Of a stretch of 64,000 nucleotides of DNA, positions 1 to 12,123 are shown one piece after another; the first letter of the stretch is position 1, and each line of letters starts with the position of its first letter. The notes below the pieces were generated by a model. It made no database searches and was not told where the DNA came from. It saw nothing but the letters and a program-made list of their open reading frames with translations. The stretch is from the human T2T-CHM13v2.0 reference genome, Homo sapiens. The translations under genes and the position numbers were made by a program. The stretch lies in NCBI RefSeq assembly GCF_009914755.1, contig NC_060933.1; one strand, written 5' to 3'.

Positions 1-203
1 ATGTATTTGATATGTATTAGTTGGAAGTACAAGGCAACGTAGCATAAGCGCAGTTACATGAACAAGGTTTACTAGTAGTTACTGTATCAGAGGTTTAAAC
101 ATGAGCCAGCTGAAATTAATTTCCCAATCTGTATATACAAATTATACTAGGGTATGTTAAAAATTTGATTGTGTGGGTCGATTTTCTGAAGTACATGGTG
201 GGA

Positions 204-550
204 TTTTTTTTAATTTAACTTTTATTTTAAATTCAGAGGTAAATGAGCAGGTTTGCTATGTAGATAAATTTGTATCATGGGGATTTGTTGTACAGATTTT
301 TTTTTAATCACCCAGGTATTAAGCTTAGTACTCACTAGTTATTTTTCCTGATCCTCTCCCTCCTCCTAACCTCACCATCCAATAGGCCCCTGTACGTGTT
401 GTTTCTCTCTATGTGTCCGTGTGTTTTCATCATTTATCTCCCACTTATAAGTGAAAATCTGTGGTATTTGGTTTTCTGTTCGTGCTTTAGTTTGCTAAGG
501 TTACTTGCCTCCAGCTCCATCCAGTTTCCTGCAAAGGACATGATCTTGTA
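204..550 (-). mobile_element. L1PA13-16-like LINE-1 3' end fragment
   Basis: Poly-T followed by antisense L1 3'UTR motifs (atcacccaggtattaagc, ctcccacttataagtgaaaa, gcaaaggacatgatct). Confidence 0.85.
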
Positions 551-670
551 TTTTTTTTTTTTTTAACTTTAAGTTCTGGGATACATGTGCTGAACGTGCA
601 GGTTTGTTACATAGGTATACATGTGCCATGGTTGTTTGTTGCACCTAAACCCGTCATATAGGTTTTAAGC
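551..670 (-). mobile_element. Short L1PA8-like 3' stub
   Basis: T14 then tttaagttctgggatacatgtgctgaacgtgcaggtttgttacataggtatac...aggttttaagc. Confidence 0.85.
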
Positions 671-854
671 TATACCATGTGCTAATGTCATTCCTTTTTT
701 TTTTTTACTTTAGCTAGACAATGGGGTTATTAAATTATATTTTATAATTTAAACTATTATATATTTTGTAATTTTTTCATAAATGATTTAAACTAATAAT
801 ATATATTTTGAATAGTTACTGGAAATAGAAAATAGCCCATAAATCACCACAATT

Positions 855-1130
855 TTTTTCTTTCTTCAGACTTCTTTCCTCTTCCCTTTTATTCTTCCTC
901 ATTTATGTGTTTTTTCTCACATTTTTCTCTCTTCTTTTTACACATTTCGTTTTCTCCACTTGTCTTCTCTCCCTCTCATACTTCTTCACATTGAAATGTT
1001 GATCTTTTCTTTTATCACCTTTCTTATTCTCTTTTTGGTCCCATTTTTTCCACTTCATCTATTCTGCGATGATTTTTTTTCTTTGGTTTGTTTCCCAAGG
1101 ACTTCTTGTTATTTTACTTATTATTTTGTA
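855..1130. repeat. CT-rich low-complexity tract, resuming at ~1640-1740 after an L1
   Basis: Long pyrimidine-rich run with ttct/ctt units. Confidence 0.7.
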
Positions 1131-1134
1131 ATCA

Positions 1135-1625
1135 AATATTTTTCCTCCAACGTTTATGTTCGGGGATGCACGTATCAACTTGTTACATGGGCAAACTCTG
1201 TGTTGCTGGGGTTGGTGTCCAAATGATTTCATTACCCAGGTAGTCAGCATAGTACCCAAGAGGTAGTTTTTCGATCCTCAATCTCTTCCCACTCCCCACC
1301 CTGAAATAAGCCCTGGTGTCTATCCTTCTCTGTGTGTACACATGTACTCAATTTTTAACCCTCACTGATGAGAACATGTGATACTTGGTCTTCTGTTCCT
1401 GAGTTAATTTCTTTAGGATGTCTCTAGCATCTTTCTACCATAAAACACATGAATGCACATGCATATTGCAGACTTTTCACTCTCGCAAAAACATGGAATT
1501 AAGATGCCTATCAGTGGTGAACTAGATAAAAATATGGCATACATATAAACCACGGAATACTATGCAAGCATAAAAAGAATGGAATTATGTTTTTGGCAGC
1601 AACGTAGGTACAACTGAAGGCTATT
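1135..1625 (-). mobile_element. L1PA15/16-like element with 5' inversion
   Basis: 1135-1420 is antisense 3'UTR ending at ttaggatg. 1430-1625 is sense ORF2 end, finishing at gaaggctatt. The two pieces abut in L1 coordinates (ggccatt|atcctaag). Confidence 0.8.
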
Positions 1626-2831
1626 CTTCTGCTAGTATTTGCCTATGTTTCCATCTTCCTAGACTTCTCTTCTTCCTTTCTTTCTCATCTCTTTGCCCCC
1701 TTCTTCTGCACATCCTACACTCTTTTTCATCCCATGTCTTCATAGTAGTCCTGACATGGAAGAGAAATAAATTCCTAGTTCTTCCCAAAGAACTTGGCAA
1801 ATCATATTCCAATTTCAATTTCCATAAGTCTAATTGAGGGCTTTTTGCATTATGCAGAGATTCATACTAACCTGTGTAAAACATTCCCCACTTCACTAGC
1901 ATTTCAATTTGAACACTATCTTAGATCCATTAAGTTCATAGTAATTTTGAACACAAATTCACCATATATATTTTCAGTTTGTTTGTCTTCTGTTCTTGTT
2001 ACTTGCTGAGTAATTTTAATTTTTATAAACCTAAAATATTTGGCCCAATTAAAATATTCAAAGGTTATAACCGTCAGAAAAATTCACTAATAAATATAAA
2101 TTTGTTTACATAAAAAATGATAAGCTTATTAGTGGCATTTTAACAGACCATAAAATAAAAAAAAGCACTTATTCTCATATACTTCCAAGAAAGAAAGAAT
2201 TATCAAACTCTACTTAGCAGAGATGATCAGAAAATAAGTTATTTTGCCTCAGGCTTCCCTGGGAAAGACCTACTTTATTAGAATTAAAAAAAGCCACTTA
2301 TTTTAATTCTAAATTCATGAAAACACACACTACCTCTAAGCATGTCTGTTGGTAAGTTTAACGTATTTGTCTAAATTCAATTTTTATTCTTCCAGCTTAC
2401 AGATAATGAAGACAAATAGGTTTCATATGTCAAACTCTGTCACTGCTTGGAGAAGACTTTTAAAAATCCATCACCTATTGCCTAGGTTATTTATTTAAAA
2501 TGTACAGAAACTTCTTTAGTCCATTAATAATATGGGAAAGACAAGATGTCTTTGGATTTTAATATAAGCAAATTTGTCACCCTTTCATGTTTACATGTGC
2601 TTTCTGAATTAATTAAATTTGAAACTCTTACTCCAAGATTATAGCCTAGATGTTTTCTAAATACTCATTTTGAAAAGAAAAGTGATAAATATTTTGCATT
2701 ACTTTTAACCCTAGACATTATAGAGATACTCAGTTTACATAGTCAATTTATTTTTCTTACTAACTTGTTCTACAGTCTTAATATTTGTTTTTATTTTCAA
2801 ACTTATGAGGATACTTAAAAATGTATTTCCA

Positions 2832-3155
<324 letters not shown>

Positions 3156-3220
3156 TTATGTGGGTTTTTTTTTTTGCAGAAACATAGGTACAACTAAAGG
3201 CAATTCTTCTGCTACTACTA

Positions 3221-3325
3221 TACACACACACACGCATTTCCAAAAGTCTTAGTGCTGTTTTAAGCTTTACACATACACACACACACGTATATTTCCAAAA
3301 GTCTTAGTGCTGTTTTAAGCTTTAC
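3221..3325. repeat. Tandem duplication, period 55, with an identical 35-bp core
   Basis: atttccaaaagtcttagtgctgttttaagctttac at 3236-3270 and 3291-3325, each preceded by (CA)n. Confidence 0.95.
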
Positions 3326-3544
3326 GTAGTTTATTAATTCTCTTACTAGTATCTCATGAATATTCTTGTGACTATCTACAAAGCATCCAAGAATAACTTT
3401 GGTCAGCCCCCAAGTCGAACTAAGCTATGGCTCTTCAACAAGGCTGCCTCATCTCATTTATTTTTGTCTCTGTTATTTGCTACTTTTCTAATCAGTTCAC
3501 CTTGACCTACATTAATAGCTTCAATTATAAACCAATTCTGGGAT

Positions 3545-3700
3545 AGTTATGTGTTGGATTATGTCTCCCCAACCCCACCACCAATTTATATGTCAAAGTC
3601 ATAATACCCATCACCTCAGAAAGTAACTGTAATTGGAGATAGGCTCTTTAAAGAAGTAAGTATATTAGTCATGGTTCTCTAGAGGGACAGAGCTAATAGG

Positions 3701-3744
<44 letters not shown>

Positions 3745-4471
3745 GTATGTTATGTTATATATGTATATATATGTTATATATGTGTGTATATATAAAACAC
3801 ACATATATATATAAATAAGGGAGAGTTTATTAAGTATTAATTCACATGATCACAAGTTCCACAATAGGCCGTCTGCAAGCTGAGGAGCAAGGAGAGACAG
3901 TCCCAGCCCCAAAACTGAAGAGCTTGGAGTTTGATGTTCGAGGGCAGGAGGCATCCAGCACGGGAGAAAGATGTAGGCTGGGAGATTAGACCAAACTAGG
4001 CTTTTTACGTTTTTCTCCTTGCTATATATTCTAGCCATACTGACAGCTGATTAGATGGTGCTCACCCTGATTAAGGGTGGGTCTGTCTTTCCCAGCCCAC
4101 TGACTCAAATGTTAATCTTTTTTGGCAACATCCTCACAGACACATCCAAGATCAATACTTCAATCAAGTTGACACTCAGTATTAGCCATCAGAATAAGTG
4201 AAAATGAGGTCAGAATGGTGGGGCTCTAATCCAATAGGTCTAGAGTCCTTTTAACAAGAGGAAGAGTGTGTGCACACTGAGAAAAGGCAATGTGAGAACA
4301 CAGTGAGACAGGAACCCTCTGCTAACCAAGGAGAAAACCCTCTCCAGAAACCAACTCACCAGTACCTTGATCTTGGATTACTGACCTCTGAAACCATGAG
4401 AAAATACATTTCTGTTCTTTTAACCACTAGTCTGTGGTATTTTGTTGTAACAGCCTTAGCAAACTAGTATA
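3545..4471 (+). mobile_element. MLT1B-like MaLR solo LTR, split by an MLT2A insertion
   Basis: cctcagaaagtaactgtaattggagatagg before the insert. After it, aaaatgaggtc...tctgtggtattttgttgtaacagccttagcaaactagtata. Confidence 0.85.
3661..4193 (-). mobile_element. MLT2A1/A2 (ERVL) solo LTR with internal (CA)/(TA) microsatellite
   Basis: tatattagtcatggttctctagagggacag...caatcaagttgacactcagtattagccatcaga. 5-bp TSD gtaag/ataag. Confidence 0.9.
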
Positions 4472-4774
4472 CTACTGACCAAACCTTCCTTACTTTGAAG
4501 TAGAAATTATGTAATAGCTTTCATGTTTGCTCCTTATTTTTTTTTGCAAACGCTCTTTGCCTATGCTGCGGATTCTATCATGAATAGCGTATCCAAGAAT
4601 TTTTGCTTACTATCTTAAATGCTTTATGAGTTATAGTTGTTGACTTAAGCCATGAGTTCAAATAATGGGGCACTTCTCTGGCTCCATTTGTAAGTTATGA
4701 TCAATTGCAAACTTCCTTTGTAATTCACTGGTTCAATTCCACTAAAATCTATGTGCTAAGCTTTATGCTAAGTA

Positions 4775-5431
4775 CAGTAGCTCCCCTTATTTGTGAGGGA
4801 CCTGTTCCAAGACCACCAATAGATGCCCAAAGCCAAAGATAGTACCAAACTCTACACATACTATGTTTTTCCTATAAATACATACTTATGATTAAGTATA
4901 ATTTATAAATTAGGCAGAGTAAGACATTAACAACAATAACTGCTAATAAAATGGAACAATTATACAATATACAGTAATAAAAATTGTGTGATTGCGGTCT
5001 GTATCTCAAAATATCTTATTATACTATACTCATCTCTCCTCTTGTGATGATGTGAGGTGATAAAATGCATATGTGATGAGATGAACTAACAGAGATGATG
5101 TAGGCATTGCGACCCAGCATTAGGCTACTAATATCCTTCAAAACAAGTACTATGATACCCTGACAGTGGATCTGATAACCCAGATGGCTACAAAGTGGCT
5201 AACAGGCAGGTAGCATAAACAGTGTGAATATGATGAACAAAGGAATGATTCACATCCCACGCTGGATGAAGCAGGACAGCTTGACCATCACAATGGTCAG
5301 AATGGAGCACAATTTAAAACTTATGAATTGTTTATTTTTGCAATTTTCCATTTAATATTTTTGGATCACCACCGACCATGGAAAACTGAAACTCATGAAA
5401 AGAAAACCTAGATAAGGGAGGACCATGCTAG
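4775..5431 (-). mobile_element. MER44 (Tigger7-derived non-autonomous DNA transposon)
   Basis: TIRs cagtagctccccttat / gataagggaggacc, TA flanks, and internal aatttaaaacttatgaattgtttattt. Confidence 0.85.
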
Positions 5432-6079
5432 TATGCTTGTGTGGGACTTGCCTGCAGTTCACCTATATGACTAGTACTGAAAAGTGGGCGTGCCTGATAG
5501 ACACTGGGTTTTTTCTCAACTAGCTTTACCGTCTGCATTCCTGGCCTGGGCAAGTGATACATTTGGGATGAAGATGTTGACATTCCCTACTTCTAACCCT
5601 CCTGAGTAAATTATACAAGCCACAGTAACAGCTTGAGTATATAGAAAAAAGAAAAGGGACATTTTTCCTCCCAGAGGAACCAGGCTAATAAGTAACCAAG
5701 CCAAAGCCAAGAGCTAGTTCAGTTACTTAAAAGTGACCTCTGTTCTATACCTAAATTGTATTCCTTATGTTGTAAATTACTTCTTTTATAGTTCAAGTTC
5801 TATTCATGATATCAATATGAAGCCCAAATCAATTTCTCAGACGGACCACAGAGAATATTAGGTCATCATTTTCTATGTCCAATTTTATTGGGCATTCAAA
5901 AGTAATTGCTAAGTTTACTCAATTACAATTACTCTGCTGAATAATTATAAGTGCTTAAGGAACTTACATGCCACTTGGAAAAAGATGAAACAAAATTACA
6001 AAGGTTTAAAATGGGAAAATATCTTATCTGGCAAATTAGGTAGTATAGACTAATCTATATTTTCAGGTCCAGTTGACCA

Positions 6080-6610
6080 CATATATATTCATTTTTTCTG
6101 GATGCCTTACAGGCAATATAATCAACTTAAAAAAGAACAGATCAATTATGCTTTTCTCTACAACTTCTTGAATCCCATTTTATTTTGTTCATGGCATTAT
6201 GCTCTACCTCATCAACCAAACTAGGAATTTTGGAGTCATCTCTGACTTGTTCTTCATATTGTCCTCCTCTGGGGGGACACTGGGGGAAGTGGGTACAAGT
6301 GAATGAATTTCATCTTTCACTAGCATATAAAATGACATAGTAGATGTGAACAGTTCATAAGAGTTGTTATTTTTAAAATACACGTATATGTGAATTGTTA
6401 TAGCGATTAAAATAATAAAGGCTAACATTTGTAAATACCTATTTCTTTTTTTTTTTCCACTGCAGTTTTTATGAGTCCAGTCCCCTTGGTTTCATCTCTT
6501 CAATCCTGCAGCTTTTCCTGCATCCTTTCGCTCTTGCTGTTGGTAATTCATCTTACATACTACTGTCTAATTATTTTGTCTAAAGCAAATATCTAACCAA
6601 ATGAACTTTC
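6080..6610 (+). mobile_element. Degenerate L2 fragments
   Basis: ggatgccttacaggc and aaactaggaattttggagtcatctctgactt motifs. Confidence 0.55.
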
Positions 6611-6879
6611 TAAACTGATTTTAGTCAATCTGTAACTAAAGTCCAAGGTGTATTGTACTGAGTGTTGGAAAGGTAGGTGGGAACAAAGGTGAGAAAGGCC
6701 TCGGAATGCAAACTAATAAATGGAACACCAGTTAACTCTTTTTTAAATTAATTCATGTTTTGAAAGATAACTTGGTGCTGTATATTTTTTTTTTAAAAAA
6801 AGGGTTGTTTGCTTTTGAACATATAGCATATTTTATTCTAACCATTTTCTCCAGGAATTGTCACTTGCTGTAATATTGG

Positions 6880-7032
6880 TCCTTATTCTTGGCTGGCTGC
6901 ACAGTGGAATAACTAAGAGAAAAATCCCAATGACTGTGTCTGTGACAGATACTGATTTGCAGTCTGTGCATGGAAAGTTTTAAAAAGCTCCCCATGTGAC
7001 TCTAATGTGCATGCAAGGCTGAAAACTGCGGC
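6880..7032. mobile_element. MER5-like hAT relic
   Basis: tttaaaaagctccccatgtgactctaatgtgcatgcaaggctgaaaactgc. Confidence 0.7.
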
Positions 7033-7279
7033 CTTAAAGGAATGTTATTCTCTTTTTCATCAAGTTATATTCTTATATTTCAACACAAGTTTTACCTAGG
7101 TAGTTTTCTTTGATGTAAACATTCAAGACTTTAAGTACAATATTATTAACCTATGTATATATATTTATATCTGATGTGCTTAACTGATTAATACAATGTA
7201 GATTTCCTTTCTACAGGAAGGACACACAGTTCTTATTTTTTCCAGACATACTTGCTACAGTAAATATCTGAGTAGTATC

Positions 7280-7350
7280 TAGAGATATGCTGGCCAGTAC
7301 AGTAGCCATTAACCCCATGTGCTACTGAGCACTTGAAAATATGGTTAGCT
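7280..7350. mobile_element. MER3/MER33-like hAT fragment
   Basis: ccagtacagtagccattaaccccatgtgctactgagcacttgaaaatatggttag. Confidence 0.6.
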
Positions 7351-7450
7351 TTTGTGCCTTATGCATCCATACTGTGGCTTCAGTGATCCCTTAAGCCCAT
7401 TGAATTGATTGTCTCAAAACAATACTTGGTCTGAGTCTGGTTTGGTACAT

Positions 7451-7484
7451 CAGAGCGAGACTCCATCTCAAAAAAAAAAAAAAA
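7451..7484 (+). mobile_element. Isolated Alu 3' tip (~19 bp plus A15)
   Basis: cagagcgagactccatctc followed by poly-A. Confidence 0.85.
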
Positions 7485-7609
7485 GGCACTTTCTATTAAA
7501 ATTTCAATGCACAGACTTTTTGAGAAAAATTCTACATCTAGGGATGTATTTTAAGTAAATCCTTTAAATGAAAACAAAAGTAGATTTTTCAATTATGCTC
7601 TTTGCAGCT

Positions 7610-8125
7610 ATTAATGAATGAATGAGCACCTACAATATGTCAAGAACTATAATAAGCACTGGGAATAAAATGATGAGTAAAATAAATTCAATGCACGCCA
7701 TCATGGAGATTACAGATTAGTAGAAAAAATTAAATATTCACACAAATCGTACAATATAAGCCATGAAAGAAGTATGAAAATAAATACAGAATGCTATGAG
7801 AACATGATGATGGCATGTTTATACTAAGGTATTCTCAGATGAATATCATGGAGTTGGTGACATTCACAGTAACATTTCGAAGATAAATAAGAGTATTACA
7901 TGAGTTAGGATTAAGAGGGAAAAAACTAAACTAAAAAGATTGGCCTAGTTTGTGAGATCAGAGAAATATTCCCTAAAGAAGGGGTGTTTCATTTAAGATG
8001 GGAAAGAGTGAAAGGGTATGTCGGGAAAAGAATAATTTTCCATACAAAGAAAGTTATATGTACAAGGATATGAGCAAGAACATTTGAGGGATCAAAATAA
8101 GGTCATTGTGGCTTAAGCATAGTAT
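7610..8125 (-). mobile_element. L2 3' region
   Basis: aatgaatgaatgagcacctacaatatgtcaagaactataataagcactgggaata; ccatcatggagattacagattag. Confidence 0.7.
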
Positions 8126-8834
8126 TTCAAACTCTAACAGAAACTCTTAAATATGACTAATAAAGAAGCAATTAATTATTACCAATCATATAAAATACAC
8201 CTTTGCAGAACGACTAATCACACCCATGTTACAGGTGATGGAATTGAGACTCAGGAGAAAGTAATGACTGTGTAAGGTAACCAGAAACTCTGCCTTCCAT
8301 CCCAAGGCTGTTTTTAGGAAAATATAAGCTCAACCTCCAAATCTCCCTCAATCTCCACCCTTGTTCTTCTACAGGTCCCTGGGTCTTCCTCTCCGTATTT
8401 CTGTGCCTGCAGCCTGTCACTGGCTACTGCTGCAGGAAAACTAGGCCCTCTGCTCACCCCATTTCAAAATACTTATAATATGTAATATGTGTATAATATG
8501 TATGACACTGAATCTTATAAAATAGATTTATAGTTAGATAACTGATAGATGAGCTATTGCTAACAGAAAATATATCTCAATATAAGCAAAGAATCCATAT
8601 CACAAAAATTAAGTAAGAACAAACAGTGTGTGAATATTCAGTCTGTATTAAGAATACTAACAGAAGGCCTACACTATTCTTGAGTGTTAGTAGGATACAT
8701 TTCAACAGGTAGGACATGTGAGTGAATAAAGGCCAAAAGTGAAAAAGAGTTATTACCACATGGATAGCACCTCACTTTACTGCCTAGGATATGCAGGGAG
8801 AGCTCCACTGAAAAAAAGGCCTGTATCTACCACG

Positions 8835-9175
8835 ATCATTCATTTTTTTACTATTAAACAATTATTAATGGAGCATTTATTGCTGCATAGAATTATTGCC
8901 CTATCTATCAGTAATATAGCAGTGAAAGAGACTATAAAATTATTCACTTTTATGGAGTTCCTGTTCTAGCGGACTCTAGACTACTAAAGCAAATATAAGT
9001 CTGGAGTATAAACTAGTAAAAGAGTCTGAAAGGAGCTGCTAAGAAGTAGTGAGTAAATCTAGGGAAAAAATGTGGTATCAGAAGAGGGGAGGGGAACAAA
9101 GAAATGTTAAGAAGAATATAGCCACTGGTATCTAATGCCACATAGATTAAACTGAAAAGCGTCTTGTAGATTACT
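8835..9175 (-). mobile_element. L2 fragments
   Basis: attcatt...taatggagcattta...tatggagttcctgttctag. Confidence 0.55.
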
Positions 9176-10726
9176 TCCCTGAGCCTGGAAACTCACGTGT
9201 CCTACTGCTGAGTGTATTTTCAGTAAATATGTACACAGTCATTATCATACAATGCACATGGTGATATTTGCCACAGAAGAAGAAAAATAACATATGAATA
9301 TGTTCAGAAGGAAGACAAACCTGAGTGTGAGGAAACATGCCCATGCTCCAGATGCAGAAATAAGACATGAATCTATGAATGTTCCTGTTACATGAGGCTG
9401 AGAGAACCAGGATTCTTTTTACAAGGGCTTTGATTATAATTCGAAGACCCCAGCATATGCAGAGTTATGTGATCTTAAAATGATCTCAAAATAGCTCTGC
9501 AATTCTCTTGACTGCAAGAGTTTTGAAAAACAGGTAAAAATGTGTACTGCATATTTTATTGCACACCTATTCATTCCTCTAAGGAACAGAGTGTTTATTC
9601 TAAGGTAGTTGCTGGTAAACAAACATACAAATATTTAGCATAATTCTTGAAGTATGGTGAGATGTAAAATGTACAATATTTAAGCAACACAATATAGTCA
9701 GTAGGCTTTTGTTGCTGAATTCAATAGTTGAGATTGCTGTTGCAATCTCAGTGCATTTATGCTTTCAAACAACAGGAAACATTTAAGGTACGGTGTAAGA
9801 ATATTAGTTGTATTACAATGATCATGCAAAATTTCTGATTTGTTTGTTCTTCATTATTTTTAAAAAACCCAACTTGTATTAGATGGTGTTAGCATTATTT
9901 CCTTGCTGGTTTGACTCTGTAAACAAAGTATGATAGAGAGTTTTCTTTTCTCAGCAAACCTGCATCCCAATGAGCCATTATTTAGTAGTGATATCGTCTT
10001 TCATGTATTTATGTGTCTCAGCATATGACAGTGTGAATGTGTATTGCTAAGATTTATTGGATAGGGTGTTGTCCCATTTTTATTGCACCACTTAGTTTTT
10101 TTTCTTTCCTTTTCTACAGATAAAATAAATCAAAATCTTAGTGCCATAAAATCTAATTGTACATCTTGCAATTCTGTATCATCATAAGAGAGTGCTATAC
10201 ATGTACAATGCTTTATATGTTTGAGTGGTTTACTTGTCTCTTCTGTAAGATAATACAAATGACAATCAGCTTAGAAAGCCACACATGGCAGATTTTCATG
10301 GAACTATTATATCAGTTGAGGTGCTATATATGAAACCTGATGAGCCTAGTAATAACTTTATAAAGCAGGGTTATCAAAGTAGTGCCGATTTCAGCAGGAA
10401 AGAAAGACCTCCACAACTGGAAATCTCTGTAGACTGCCAAATTACCCAAAATCCTATTCTGCAAAGCAGTAATCTTTAATATTCCAATAAAAAGTAACTC
10501 TTTTTGGGATAGCTATTGTGCTTGTAATTGAACACTCAGAAAGCAATTTGCATAAAATTGCAAGGGACCACAGAAAAAAATGCTGATAAAAAAGGTAATT
10601 TAGGATGACTGAAAAGCCTTTTGCTCCTATGTTACTCTGTCTGCATTTATTCTTCATTCAACTCTCAAGCACCTCGTATGTGCCTGGTACATACAAGTCA
10701 CTGGCAATGAAGATTTAAAAGAAACA

Positions 10727-10866
10727 TTGCTTGAATCCGGGAGGTGGAGGTTGCAGTGAGCCGAGATCACGCCACTGCACTCCAGCCTGGGCGACAGAGC
10801 GAGACTCCATCTCAAAAAATATATATAAATAAATAAAATAAAATAAAATAAAATAAAATAAAATAA
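10727..10866 (+). mobile_element. 5'-truncated AluS right arm with (TAAAA)n tail
   Basis: ttgcttgaatccgggaggtggaggttgcagtgagccgagatc. TSD taaaagaaaca/taaaataaaca. Confidence 0.95.
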
Positions 10867-11115
10867 ACACCTTGTACCCAAGAGGAATCTATATTTTGCT
10901 GCTGAGACTAGTTACTAGGCACTAAGAAGACTAAGGTTTGATAATTTTCATTAGAAAGGTAAACATCGAGAACATTTTGTCAGGGTTTTGAGAACTTGGG
11001 AGTGATATGTCAAGGAAGCTACTCAGTTGAGGTGATGTTTGATGAGTTAAAAACAAAGATGGGGGATTGGAGAGAAGACATTCTATGTAGAGGAAATATC
11101 ATGTGAAACACACAG

Positions 11116-12123
11116 AAATGGTATTTCTACTTCTAGATCTTTGAGGAATCGCCACACTGTCTTCCACAATGGTTGAACTAGTTTACAGTCCTACCAACAG
11201 TGTTCCTATTTCTCCACATCCTCTCCAGCACCTGTTATTTCCTGACTTTCTAATGATCGCCATTCTAACTGGTGTGAGATGGTATCTCATTGTGATTTTG
11301 ATTTGCATTTCTCTGACGGCCAGTGATGATGAGCAATTTTTCATGTGTCTGTTGGCTGCATAAACGTCTTCTTTTGAGAAGTGTCTGTCCATATCCTTCG
11401 CCCACTTTTTGATGGAGTTGTTTGTTTGTTTCTCATAAATTTGTTTGTGTTCTCTGCAGATTCTGGATATTAGCCCTTTGTCAGATTAGTAGATTGCAAA
11501 AATTTTCTCCCATTTTGTAGGTTGCCGGTTTCACTCTGATGGTAGTTTCTTTTGCTGTGCAGAAGCTCTTTAATTAGATCCCATTTGTCAATTTTGGCTT
11601 TTGTTGCCATTGCTTTTGATGTTTTAGACATGAAGTCGTTGCCCATGCACTATTCACAATAGCAAAGACTTGGAACCAAGCCAAATGTCCATCAATGATA
11701 GACTGGATTAAGAAAATGTGGCACATATACACCATGGAATACTATGCAGCTATAAAAAAGGATGAGTTCGTGTCCTTTGTAGGGACATGGATGAAGCTGG
11801 AAACCATCATTCTCAGCAAACCATCGCAAGGACAAAAAACCAAACACTGCATGTTCTCACTCATAGGTGGGAACTGAACAATGAGAACACTTGGACACAG
11901 GAAGGGGAACATCACACACCAGAACCTGTCATGGGGTGGGGGGAGAGGGGAGGGATAGCATTAGGAGATATACCTAATATAAATGACAAGTTAATGGGTG
12001 CAGCACACGAACATGGCACATGTATACATATGTAACAAACCTGCACGTTCTGCACAGGTACCCTAGAACTTGAAGTATAATAATAAAAAAAAAAAAAAGA
12101 AAAAAAGCTCAAAAAAAAAAAAA
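11116..12123 (+). mobile_element. L1PA4/5-like element, 5'-truncated with 5' inversion
   Basis: Antisense ORF2 at 11116-11648, then sense ORF2 end, 3'UTR and poly-A at 11647-12123. The ORF track gives MIDWIKKMWHIYTMEYYAAIKK. 14-bp TSD. Confidence 0.95.

Noticed and set aside
960-1226. 88-aa hydrophobic ORF
   Set aside because: It translates a CT-rich low-complexity tract running into L1, with a TTG start.
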